NCBI GenBank assembly: GCA_000146465.1
Contig: CP001947.1
Length of the DNA stretch: 64,000 bases
Strand: one strand, 5' to 3'
The number at the start of each line of letters is the position of its first letter. The first letter of the stretch is position 1. The notes below the pieces were generated by a model. The model was not told the DNA's origin and searched no databases. It worked only from the letters and a program-made list of their open reading frames with translations. Below are positions 20,188-29,083 of this stretch, piece by piece. The position numbers and the translations under genes are program-made.

Positions 20188-20632
20188 GGCTAAAGACCAA
20201 GAGAAGGTTTACATGCTTTTGGAACTAGAAAGGATCCGGCAGCTGAATATCCCGCACGTGTATGCATTTCCTACTGGAACTCTGGAATTCACATGTGCAA
20301 TGTTCCGAGGCTCGGACCATACTGTCTTCAAGCTAATAAAATCAGACATTTATGAGAAGTGGAGTGTCCTAATCGATGGGGAATGTAGTGAGGAAATGAA
20401 CAAGATGTCTGGCTCATGCGATGCACATATAACACTAGAAACAACTGTACAGACACTAAGCAGATGCCATAATACCAGTCTCTTTGGAAAGTCTAAAAAC
20501 ATCTTTCCATTTATTTCCGAAGGTTTTCCAAACAGAGAGAAAAATATTACAGCGCTTTTGCTCTTTGTTAAAAATAGATGTTCCAAGACAAATGGTTGTG
20601 GAGAGAAGATGGCTATTCAGATAAAAGAGTAG
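20180..20632 (+). CDS. hypothetical protein (about 150 aa)
   Basis: The start is ambiguous (ATGs at about 20180, 20186, 20213). The first codons overlap the start of the divergent minus-strand gene. No family recognised. Confidence 0.35.
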   Translation: MSMAKDQEKVYMLLELERIRQLNIPHVYAFPTGTLEFTCAMFRGSDHTVFKLIKSDIYEKWSVLIDGECSEEMNKMSGSCDAHITLETTVQTLSRCHNTSLFGKSKNIFPFISEGFPNREKNITALLLFVKNRCSKTNGCGEKMAIQIKE

Positions 20633-20663
20633 AAACAAACAGAAGCGAAGATAAGATGTTTAA

Positions 20664-21014
20664 TCATGCCAGTCCCTTTTCCTTTAGGAGCTCGTCCTCA
20701 ACTCTTTTCCTCAGCTTCATCTGGAATCTCTCGAAATCATTGGTTGTATCCTCCTCACTAATGCTTTCTGGAATGAGCTTTCCTATCTCTTCTGGACTAA
20801 GATCCTTAATGTCAAACGACTCATCCTCAAGGTGGAGATTAGATATAGAGCACATTTCCCTCTCTCCATCCTTCCTCTGGAGAAGTACAAAGGTTGCATC
20901 GATGATGCCAACAATTATGCCATATGTTTTTCTTTTTTCTTTGAGTGCAGGTGTCACAATCCTTCCCAGCCTTACTGTCTTCTAAAGTTAGCCAAAAAGA
21001 AGCTCACTTACCAT
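20664..21014 (-). CDS. RPL14: 60S ribosomal protein L14e with a 30-nt intron directly after the ATG
   Basis: The spliced product MKTVRLGRIVTPALKEKRKTYGIIVGIIDATFVLL...NDFERFQMKLRKR matches L14e (KOW-like N-terminus; TDFDRFKVMKAKK-type tail). ATG at 21012-21014, intron 20982-21011, exon 2 from 20981. Confidence 0.8.
20982..21011 (-). other. spliceosomal intron (30 nt) of RPL14
   Basis: ATG|GTAAGTGAGCTTCTTTTTGGCTAACTTTAG|AAGACAGTAAGG. Canonical 5' splice site, GCTAAC branch-like box, 3' AG. Restores the L14e N-terminus. Confidence 0.75.
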
Positions 21015-21061
21015 TTTTAGGGCAAATTTTTGTGTAGATTTAACCGTAGGAAAGTACACTG

Positions 21062-21379
21062 GTGAATCCCCAGGCACAGATGAAGATAACAGACTTGCAG
21101 AATGAGGTCAACCACCTCCTGTTTCTTTATTTCACATCTATAGGGGTCATCCAAAGAGATGCGGGACTAGGAGACATTTACGACAAGATGGAAGAGCTGA
21201 AGAGAGAGATTGATGACTGCCGAAAAAGGATTATGCGGCTCATGGACTCTGAGGAAGTGGATGTAGAACTCTGCAATGACTACAAAGAAATCATCACCGA
21301 GGGTAAGGAATTTGTGAGAGATGGGCTGAGTTTCCTTGACAAGCTTCTGAAGAAAGACTATGGACCTGGAAACTATTAA
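21062..21379 (+). CDS. hypothetical coiled-coil protein (105 aa)
   Basis: ATG-initiated. Heptad-rich, with a C-terminal KKDYGPGNY tail. No family recognised. Confidence 0.4.
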   Translation: MNPQAQMKITDLQNEVNHLLFLYFTSIGVIQRDAGLGDIYDKMEELKREIDDCRKRIMRLMDSEEVDVELCNDYKEIITEGKEFVRDGLSFLDKLLKKDYGPGNY

Positions 21380-21406
21380 CATGAAAGATTTCAAGCTGCC
21401 CCTAAA

Positions 21407-23446
21407 ATGGTTATTAAAATTTCTATGGGAGATGGTGAAGATATTAGCTTTGATATCGAGAATCCTCCTCTAGATTCGAAGTTTGATGAGCTGTTAAAAC
21501 TTCTGGATACTAATAAGGTTTCTCGATCTATACAACATAAAATAGTATATGGATATAGAAGACGTCCAGAGCTTGCCATGAAGATACTTGAGCAGCTGAT
21601 CAGGGCTGACGGTGAGGATCAGATCACACTTCTACTTCTACTTGCATGCAAGCTTCAAGCAGGAATGGATGGAGTTGACATAGTACAAAGGATGGAGCTT
21701 TTTGAATCTCCAATGCTTGATATTCTCAAAGGATTTGCTTCTCTAAGGAAGGAGAGCTATGACGGAGCACTGTTTCTCTTTGGAAAGGCAGGGTTTTCTC
21801 TCGGGATCCAAATCTGCAACTATTATCTTGGGAACATTGCAGAAGCCAAGAAGTCTGAAAATAAGGTGGTGAAGGGATATTGTCTTCTAAAGGAAGCCAA
21901 AAGCAACGACGAGCTCCGGGAGGTTACACGATTGTTTCGGGAGACCGGCAAAAAGGATCTTCTGTTTGGACTAGGAGTCGGAGAGGATTATGAAAATCGG
22001 GAGAATGTTGATGTGAAGATGAGACTTATTGGGGAATTTGTGGAAAGAGGAGAGTTTCAAGAGGCATGGGAGGAAATGGAAGGGATGCCAAGGAGCGCAG
22101 AAGTTCTCTATCTAAGAGGAAAGGTAGAGCACATGAAAGGGGATTTCGAGAAAGCAAAGAGGTACTACACAGAAAGTCTGGAGTGTGATAGAGATTTCTT
22201 TAAGAGTGAATACAATCTACAAAGGATAGTCCAGAATAAGATGAGAGAAGCGCACTATCGGTCTCCCGAGTTTTGTGATTTCAAAGCCTATCTCGAGCTC
22301 AAGAACAAGATAGTTGATATAAATCTAGACGGATGCAGTGAAGAATTTCGGAATGTGGTCTCTGTGATAGCCAACAAAGGGCTGAGGAGAAGAGATACTC
22401 TTCTAAGAAGATATATGAAGCTGATAGGGAATCCATGGATTGAGAACTTTGTAGTGATGAACAATATTGGATATTCCCTGTGCAGTCACATGAGACCTTT
22501 TGACGAAACAGAAGAAAGGACGGAAGGAAACGACCGATTTCTTATTGGATCGATTGGAATAGATGAAGAAGACAAGAAATGGAGGGGAGAAGGAGAAGAG
22601 GGGGAAAAGAGAGCAAAGGAAGGAGAAAAGTATTTGAGAAAGGCATTAGACGAATGCCCTGATGAGTACAGGGAAGTGATAAGATACAACCTTGGATATG
22701 TGATGGAAGATAAAGAGTTGCTAGCAGATCTGTCATTAAAAGAAGCAAGGTTGCTGCTCTCAGTTGAAGGAGAAGGGATATCTTCCATTCCCAACGAGCT
22801 TGAACTAGCAGGGTTTTATCATATGAAGAGAAAGGAATTCAAATTAGCAAAAAAGATATTCCAGAAGTTGGATACATTGTACAGTAGCATTGGGCTTGGA
22901 AATATATACATTAGAAGCTTCTACAAGGACAAGGACGAATCTGCATTAGGGAAGGCTATGAAAGCGTTTTCCAAGGGGTTGAAGTCGTACTATTGTGGAA
23001 ATGGAGTTGGGATATGCCTTGCATTGAAGGGGAGGATGGAAGAGGCTATCGATGTGTTTAATAACGTTTCGATTGACTGGCCTGGAGGATATGTAAATCT
23101 TGGAAACACACTGATTCTTTGTAGAAGATATAGAGAGGCTATGGATGCCTTTTTGAAGACCTCTTCGATGAGATATTCTCGGAAGATGCTTGAAAGGCTC
23201 TGTAATATTGTTAATGAAATTGACGGATATAGACTGTGTGTGGATGTGGGGATAGCCGGGGCTAGAGAGAAGGCTTTTGAGCTTCTTGTTGAGCAAGGAC
23301 GGTTTGAGGAAGCTTCTAAGCTTGGAGTCTCTGATGAAAGGCTTGTAAGAATATACGACGAAAAGAGAGAAGAGGAAAGAAAGAAGAAGGAGGAGTTGAA
23401 GAAAAAGGCTGAGGAGATGAGGGAATACAGAAAGAGAAGAAAATAA
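21407..23446 (+). CDS. TPR-repeat protein with K/E-rich C-terminal tail (possibly Ctr9/Paf1-complex-like)
   Basis: 679 aa. Multiple TPR-like helical pairs. The C-terminus EERKKKEELKKKAEEMREYRKRRK. The Ctr9 assignment is tentative. Confidence 0.6.
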   Translation: MVIKISMGDGEDISFDIENPPLDSKFDELLKLLDTNKVSRSIQHKIVYGYRRRPELAMKILEQLIRADGEDQITLLLLLACKLQAGMDGVDIVQRMELFESPMLDILKGFASLRKESYDGALFLFGKAGFSLGIQICNYYLGNIAEAKKSENKVVKGYCLLKEAKSNDELREVTRLFRETGKKDLLFGLGVGEDYENRENVDVKMRLIGEFVERGEFQEAWEEMEGMPRSAEVLYLRGKVEHMKGDFEKAKRYYTESLECDRDFFKSEYNLQRIVQNKMREAHYRSPEFCDFKAYLELKNKIVDINLDGCSEEFRNVVSVIANKGLRRRDTLLRRYMKLIGNPWIENFVVMNNIGYSLCSHMRPFDETEERTEGNDRFLIGSIGIDEEDKKWRGEGEEGEKRAKEGEKYLRKALDECPDEYREVIRYNLGYVMEDKELLADLSLKEARLLLSVEGEGISSIPNELELAGFYHMKRKEFKLAKKIFQKLDTLYSSIGLGNIYIRSFYKDKDESALGKAMKAFSKGLKSYYCGNGVGICLALKGRMEEAIDVFNNVSIDWPGGYVNLGNTLILCRRYREAMDAFLKTSSMRYSRKMLERLCNIVNEIDGYRLCVDVGIAGAREKAFELLVEQGRFEEASKLGVSDERLVRIYDEKREEERKKKEELKKKAEEMREYRKRRK

Positions 23447-23509
23447 ATACTATTAAAGCTTCATGGGGTGGTTGTTTCCTTTTTAGAAGGATTTAATGTC
23501 CCTTGTATA

Positions 23510-24973
23510 ATGAATGATTTTGAAACCATAGGAGTTAAAAGATTCTTCAATGGGCATATCAAGGACGGAGAATGTGTACTAAAACAGGAAGTATTTGACT
23601 TTATAGTTCAGGAGATGACACCAACTAGGCTGTGTGGAATACTCCCTATTGTCGACCATAAAGGATTTCTGGAAGGAAAAGAAGTAGTCGGATATTCTGA
23701 GGGTCTAAGTATTGAGGAGAAGGAACAACGCACTATAATGCACAAGAAGCTAAAGTGTTATCCATTTGTAAAGGCCAAAACTATTGGGGGGAAGATATGT
23801 CTTGAGCATACCGACGAGGATGTATATTCATTTGTTCTCCAGAAGGTGATGTTTAATACGATTGATGCAGGAAAATGGATCTGTAAAAGACTTGGAGTTC
23901 CCGATAATGCATTTCAGTTTGCAGGGAATAAGGATAAGAGAGCTGTTACATTCCAGGAGGTTACTGTTCAATGTTCCTTCATGAAACTCTACAAACTTGC
24001 AGTGAAGTTGAACAAGGAAGAGAATTCTTTCGAATGGGAAGATTTGATTGGGGAAGGTTACAGCAGGGAAAGTATTGAAGAGGAAAACAGAAAGGTGGAA
24101 GAAGAAATCCTAAAGATTAAGGGGATAAGCTCAGAAGAATGGAAAGAAGAACTTGAGAGGAGTTGGCCGGAGGAAAGAGAAAGGATAGAAAAGCCCTTAG
24201 ATAGAGAACTAGCTGAATGGGAAAGATTCAGGTCTTCAATAAAGATCTTTGATATCAAGAAGTCGTCAGTAAGGAAACTGGGAGACTTAAAGGGAAATAG
24301 GTTTAGTATAGCATTGCGAGGCTTCAAGGACAAAGGACTGATAGAGAACCTAGAAAGGGGCTTTTTGAATTACTTTGGACAGCAGAGATTTGGAAATAAG
24401 CTAAAAAATCACGAGATAGGATATGAAATTCTGACAAAGAAATACGAAGAGGCTGTTAATAAGATTATGAAGGGAGGAAAATGCTATGAACTTTATATAG
24501 ACGGGAAGTACGAAGAAGCCATGAGCCTCGGAGATGGAGTGGAAAAGTACATTCTGAAGTGCAAATCCAAAGGGATAAAGGAAAAGGATATGATATATGG
24601 ACTACGCAGGGAGCTTCGGATGTTATACCTCCATTCTTACCAGAGTCTAAAGTTTAACGAAGCTATTAACAGCAGGATGGAGTATGGAACAAGTGTTGTT
24701 GAGGGAGACATGGTTTATGTGGATGGAGAGGTCAAGGCTGTGGAGAATCCATCTGAGTTTAGTATATTCGATGTGGTCCTACCGTTGGAGAAATTCAACA
24801 ACAAGATGCTAAAGGGTGGGTATAGAAAAATAGTGGAAAAGGCCAACAACGTCATTATGACTGAGTTTGAGGATCGGGTTGTGGTTAAGTTTTTCCTGAA
24901 TAGCTCGTGCTATGCCACAATGGCTCTGAGAGAGGTAATTGGAAACTCTGTACTGAATAAAGTAAGCGTTTAA
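23510..24973 (+). CDS. PUS7: tRNA pseudouridine synthase, TruD/Pus7 family
   Basis: TruD signature NYFGQQRFG. The track start is GTG. First in-frame ATG (MNDFETIG...) is at 23510. Confidence 0.75.
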   Translation: MNDFETIGVKRFFNGHIKDGECVLKQEVFDFIVQEMTPTRLCGILPIVDHKGFLEGKEVVGYSEGLSIEEKEQRTIMHKKLKCYPFVKAKTIGGKICLEHTDEDVYSFVLQKVMFNTIDAGKWICKRLGVPDNAFQFAGNKDKRAVTFQEVTVQCSFMKLYKLAVKLNKEENSFEWEDLIGEGYSRESIEEENRKVEEEILKIKGISSEEWKEELERSWPEERERIEKPLDRELAEWERFRSSIKIFDIKKSSVRKLGDLKGNRFSIALRGFKDKGLIENLERGFLNYFGQQRFGNKLKNHEIGYEILTKKYEEAVNKIMKGGKCYELYIDGKYEEAMSLGDGVEKYILKCKSKGIKEKDMIYGLRRELRMLYLHSYQSLKFNEAINSRMEYGTSVVEGDMVYVDGEVKAVENPSEFSIFDVVLPLEKFNNKMLKGGYRKIVEKANNVIMTEFEDRVVVKFFLNSSCYATMALREVIGNSVLNKVSV

Positions 24974-24980
24974 TTCCGTA

Positions 24981-26213
24981 TTAGTTGAGAAGTCCTTTTT
25001 CCAGGTTCTTTAAGATTTGGATTCGTTTCCAAACGATAAGCTTTTTTACATACCAAACGTTTCGGTTGAAGATCTTTTTGTGTTTATCGCAACGCCTTCT
25101 CCAATAGTTGTTTAGTGATTCTGGGGTCTTGCAGCAGCTTAGCAAAGACTTGAAGTCTTTTATATTTTTTTCTATAATGTAGTTTCCAGTCCATGTAATT
25201 TTTGATATTAGGGTTTTGAGATAGATCTGGAGTCTTTCTTCTTCCCCTCCAAAGATTTCCAGCTGTTCTTGGGTGGTTTCCTCCACAGAGGTGTCGTAGG
25301 GCTTGTGAAGGATCTTGTTGAGGTTTTTTATGGCTCTCAACACATCAAAATTCTTTTTGTAGTTCATGATATATATGTACAGAAAGGTTGATATCTCTAT
25401 CTCTGGAATGTGGATGGTCCAAGTGGTGTCGAGTGCATAAAAAAATGTCTTGAACTTCCTTTCAAGATCTTCGGTGATCTCCAGGAGAAAGATTCCACAA
25501 ATCCTTTGAAGATACTGGAAAAACATTCCATAATCTCTTCTAAGATCCTGTCTGAAGCAAGCCTTGTTATTTTCAATCTCTTCATCAGGAATTCCTGTTT
25601 CGTTGTAGAATTCCACAATGCGACAAGCATGGCGATTCTTTTGAATGCTAGTGCATTTTTCTCCAAGACGTTTAAGTATTCTATACACAGGAATTAGGCC
25701 TGTGTCTTCAAAGCGGGCCGTAAGGAATCGGGAGTATTTCATTCCTAAAGCCTCAAGCCTTTCCCTTTCTCTTTCTTCGCGTGGATACAGCTGCATCGAC
25801 TGATAATAGTCCAAGTAAAGATAAGTCTTTCCTTCGGCTTCCATCTCTATTCTCTTCGAGTAATAGCCCAGTGCTCTGAGAACCGGATATATCGGCAAGG
25901 GCTTTGAAAGAGCTCTTCCCGGCATTTCTTTAACTGTGTCCGCAAAGATATCGAAGTATCTGGTGGATTTAATACCTAGATAGTTTTTGATGTCATCAAA
26001 CAGTACATAGTAGATCAACAAGTTCACATAGTCCTCGCTATATTTCTTGATTAGGAACTTCCTGGGCTTTTCCTTGTTGATGGTTTTTCCAACAAAAGCT
26101 GGTAGAATTTCGCTTGAAACTTCCATTCTGTCTTTTATGATATGACCCTCCTCACAGATATAGTCGTTCTCTATCATCTCGAGGGGAGCACCACATATTT
26201 CACAGACAATCAT
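24981..26213 (-). CDS. TFIIB-like Zn-ribbon transcription factor (candidate RNA pol I factor Rrn7/TAF1B, or Brf-like)
   Basis: N-terminal C4 Zn ribbon (CEICGAPLEMIENDYICEEGHI) plus a helical body. The track start is TTG. First ATG (MIVCEIC...) is at 26213. Convergent with PUS7, with a 7-bp gap between stops. Confidence 0.5.
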   Translation of the reverse strand: MIVCEICGAPLEMIENDYICEEGHIIKDRMEVSSEILPAFVGKTINKEKPRKFLIKKYSEDYVNLLIYYVLFDDIKNYLGIKSTRYFDIFADTVKEMPGRALSKPLPIYPVLRALGYYSKRIEMEAEGKTYLYLDYYQSMQLYPREERERERLEALGMKYSRFLTARFEDTGLIPVYRILKRLGEKCTSIQKNRHACRIVEFYNETGIPDEEIENNKACFRQDLRRDYGMFFQYLQRICGIFLLEITEDLERKFKTFFYALDTTWTIHIPEIEISTFLYIYIMNYKKNFDVLRAIKNLNKILHKPYDTSVEETTQEQLEIFGGEEERLQIYLKTLISKITWTGNYIIEKNIKDFKSLLSCCKTPESLNNYWRRRCDKHKKIFNRNVWYVKKLIVWKRIQILKNLEKGLLN

Positions 26214-26257
26214 TCTGGGATTTCCAAGGGCATTTTTATCTATGTCTTCCTTCGCCC

Positions 26258-27652
26258 ATGGAAAAGAACACAAAGATCAAGGGCGGGTCCTTCAAAACCA
26301 TGGGATTGGATTACAGACTTCTCCGAAACATTCTTTACGAAAACCCAACGCCAATTCAAAGAAAGACAATTCCGTTGGTTCTGGAGAGAAGGAGTCTAAT
26401 GGGGGTTGGAAGAACAGGGAGTGGAAAGACACTATGCTATCTCATCCCTGCTGTGCAACGAGCCATCGAGGGAGAAAGAACACTTGTGATTGCCCCTACC
26501 AAGGAGCTTGTCACCCAGGTCAGAAGGGTACTGAAGAGACTGGCAAGAGGGATAGAGGATGTATGGAAGCTCATTGAAATCAACACTCCAGGAAATATTC
26601 AAAGCACAAGTGTTGAGATGCTGGTGGTTGATGAAATAGATAGAATTCTGGAAGAGCCAAGCCTGAAGTTGGTATTTGATAGGATAAGCGAAGAGGTGGC
26701 GTGCCAGAAGGTATTCTTTAGTGCAACACTCCCAGATCATCCATTGAACATAAAGGTAGTTGAAATAGAGGCCAAGATAAACGAGACGGTTAAGCATTTT
26801 TTCTTCTATGTTCCAAGTGAGAGCAAGGAGGCAGCTCTGCTTCGAGTATTGGATAAGACAAGAAAGACAATTGTGTTTGTTGCAACTAAGTATGCTGTGG
26901 AATTGCTTCTAGAGATCCTTAACAAAAACAATTTCGAGTCACGTGGAATTTATTCTTCAATGGACGATGAGGCAAGAAGAACCAATTTCAAAGACTTCAA
27001 CTCTTCCAAGTTCAACATTCTTGTTGTGACGGATGTTGCAGCACGTGGACTAGACATCCCATATCTTGACACTGTTGTAAACTATGATCTGTGTGACGAA
27101 AGGACATTTCTGCACAGGGTTGGGCGTGTTCGGGGAATGGGAGTGCAATACAGCTTTGTGACATACACAGATGTCTTTCACTTCTTCAACATACAGGAAA
27201 CATATCTTCCCAATGTTGAGATCGGAACAATTCCTCAGGAGTATCTAGATGTTTATGACTTCGGGGAATTTGAGCATCTAAAGTCTGTTGCAAACAAAGG
27301 ACATCAGAAATGCCTTGAATTTAGAAGAAAAGTCAGTGTTCCGGCCGAGTACAAAGACAAGATAAAGGGATTCAAAACTCATTCTATGTTTGAGCATAAG
27401 GAAACACTTCTTGACCAGCTTAAAGAGATGGAGAGCCGCAAGACATTACCTCGAAAGGAAGATGAAAAAGTAGAAAACAAAGAGTACAGAGACCAGACAT
27501 TTATACCCTATGCCCGTAAGGACTCTAGAATTCATTCATCTGCGTTTGGAGTGGCGAAAGATGATTACGTCAGAGAAAGAAAGGAAAAATTTTCTTTTTC
27601 CATGATGAGGAGGAGAACAGCAAAGAAAACGGCGGAAACAAGTAAAAAATAA
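26258..27652 (+). CDS. DEAD-box ATP-dependent RNA helicase (sex-locus-type RNA helicase)
   Basis: Q motif, motif I GRTGSGKT, Ia APTKELV, II DEID (VVDEIDRIL), III SAT, VI HRVGRVRG. 464 aa. ATG confirmed. Confidence 0.85.
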   Translation: MEKNTKIKGGSFKTMGLDYRLLRNILYENPTPIQRKTIPLVLERRSLMGVGRTGSGKTLCYLIPAVQRAIEGERTLVIAPTKELVTQVRRVLKRLARGIEDVWKLIEINTPGNIQSTSVEMLVVDEIDRILEEPSLKLVFDRISEEVACQKVFFSATLPDHPLNIKVVEIEAKINETVKHFFFYVPSESKEAALLRVLDKTRKTIVFVATKYAVELLLEILNKNNFESRGIYSSMDDEARRTNFKDFNSSKFNILVVTDVAARGLDIPYLDTVVNYDLCDERTFLHRVGRVRGMGVQYSFVTYTDVFHFFNIQETYLPNVEIGTIPQEYLDVYDFGEFEHLKSVANKGHQKCLEFRRKVSVPAEYKDKIKGFKTHSMFEHKETLLDQLKEMESRKTLPRKEDEKVENKEYRDQTFIPYARKDSRIHSSAFGVAKDDYVRERKEKFSFSMMRRRTAKKTAETSKK

Positions 27653-27749
27653 ACGAATTTTATTGGCAAGTAAGTTGTTGTGTCTTCTTAGTTATAAAGG
27701 TTTTCAAGAAATCAGGGTTTTGGAATTGTGTATCTCCTTTAAAGTAGGA

Positions 27750-27822
27750 GGCCTCATAGCTCAATGGTTAGAGTGTCGGCCTACGGAGCCGAAGGTTGAG
27801 GGTTCGAGTCCCTCTGGGGTCG
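27750..27822 (+). tRNA. tRNA-Arg (anticodon ACG)
   Basis: Cloverleaf: acceptor GGCCTCA/TGGGGTC, D-arm GCTC-AATGGTTA-GAGT, anticodon stem TCGGC/GCCGA with loop CTACGGA, T-arm GAGGG-TTCGAGT-CCCTC, discriminator G. No encoded CCA. Confidence 0.85.
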
Positions 27823-28404
27823 GCTGTCTTTTGTGCTTCTTTTTTTCTTCCTAGACTTTTTCATCCACATCTCTAGTGCATTGCTTCTGTATCTGCCCTG
27901 CACATCTTCATCCAACGAGTTCCACATCTTAATGAACATACGAACGTTTTCTTCTGGAGACACATTTATGTCGCCACAGATGTCGAAGAGTTCGTTTACA
28001 AAGAAAAGATATCCTGAACACTCCCATCGCTGTATATCCCGTATTTTAACATATTTTCTTAGCTTCTTTATCGTGTTTGTATCATTGACTAAATTGCCGT
28101 CGTCACAGCCATCCAACTCATTGGCTTCCTCAAGATCTTTATTGCATTTTTCCACATACATATTCCTCTCCTCGTCCGGCATTTCCTTCCATACAGCCAT
28201 CATATTCAAGGCAGTATCGACACAACTTGTGTATTTGTAATTATTACTTTGGAAAAAGTCCCTGGCAAAGACCGTGAATGGAGATCTCTGCTTGGTAGGC
28301 ATTGAATACAAGGATTCAAAAAATTTCATCTCGGGGGTATGTATCTTCGAAAAATACACCAAAGGAATTAGATAGTACAGTAGAGGCCAATAAATAGAGT
28401 CCAT
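27781..28404 (-). CDS. HMG-box protein (divergent single HMG box with extended C-terminal region)
   Basis: HMG box PTKQRSPFTVFARDFF...WKEMPDEERNMYVEK. The hydrophobic first 25 aa suggest the real start may be M26 (about 28329). The last 14 codons (...RDSNPQPSAP) are encoded antisense to the tRNA-Arg. Confidence 0.6.
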   Translation of the reverse strand: MDSIYWPLLYYLIPLVYFSKIHTPEMKFFESLYSMPTKQRSPFTVFARDFFQSNNYKYTSCVDTALNMMAVWKEMPDEERNMYVEKCNKDLEEANELDGCDDGNLVNDTNTIKKLRKYVKIRDIQRWECSGYLFFVNELFDICGDINVSPEENVRMFIKMWNSLDEDVQGRYRSNALEMWMKKSRKKKRSTKDSRPQRDSNPQPSAP

Positions 28405-28411
28405 TTAATCC

Positions 28412-28957
28412 CTATTTTCCCACCAGGCCCGAATTCACATTCTTTTCTTCAGCAATCTTGTTATAGACGGCCTTCTCGTCGTCGCTGAGTTCTTTCCATC
28501 TCTTTGCAACAGCAGACGTAGTCTCCATCATCGTGAAGCTGGGATTCTCTTCAGAAACAGCTTTTCGGACTGCCTTAAAGAACTCGTTGTACCCAGTTAC
28601 TTTCTTGGCTCCTTTTTTCTTTCTTCCAGCTGCTGCTTCATCAGCTGCAACCTTCTCAAGATAATCCTGGTACTCATCGCTCTTCTTGTATTCCTCAACC
28701 TTTGCCAGATATAGCTCTCTCTCCTTGTTTGAAATCTTGTTGTATTCCTCTCTTTCCTCATCAGAGAGCTTCTTCCACATCTCAGAAATAGATCTTCCTT
28801 GGTCTGCTACGGGTAGCTTGCTCAGTTCCTCATTCTTCTTCCTTTGCTCCTGCCCAAAAATAAAGTACCCCGACATAGGCTTCTTCGGTGCATTGGGGTC
28901 CTTGCGTTTTTTTACTGCCGCTTTACTCCTTGGCTTTTTGCTCTTCTCAGTTACCAT
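28412..28957 (-). CDS. HMG-box protein with two HMGB-type boxes
   Basis: Box 1 PKKPMSGYFIFGQEQRKK...ISEMWKKLSDEEREEY. Box 2 KKVTGYNEFFKAVRK...VAKRWKELSDDEKAVY. ATG confirmed. Only 7 bp from the downstream HMG gene. Confidence 0.8.
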   Translation of the reverse strand: MVTEKSKKPRSKAAVKKRKDPNAPKKPMSGYFIFGQEQRKKNEELSKLPVADQGRSISEMWKKLSDEEREEYNKISNKERELYLAKVEEYKKSDEYQDYLEKVAADEAAAGRKKKGAKKVTGYNEFFKAVRKAVSEENPSFTMMETTSAVAKRWKELSDDEKAVYNKIAEEKNVNSGLVGK

Positions 28958-29083
28958 AATGATGGGGGTAGAAGAAATAGCTTATAAAATTTTAATAAGA
29001 ACCAGCCCAGTCGATATTTTACAGTTAAATCGCCCTTCTAACCTCTTATCATATGCAGTAGATACCAATTGATAGAGTGTCTT

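Noticed and set aside
27669-27700. GTAAGTTGTTGTGTCTTCTTAG (intron-like) upstream of tRNA-Arg
   Set aside because: There is no preceding ATG or coding exon on either side. It lies in the helicase 3' flank, so it is probably coincidental.
27663-27854. 63-aa plus-strand ORF (track) spanning the tRNA-Arg
   Set aside because: It starts at TTG and reads straight through the tRNA, giving ...GSSPSGV-type antisense/sense tRNA peptides. There is no ATG and it is not protein-like.
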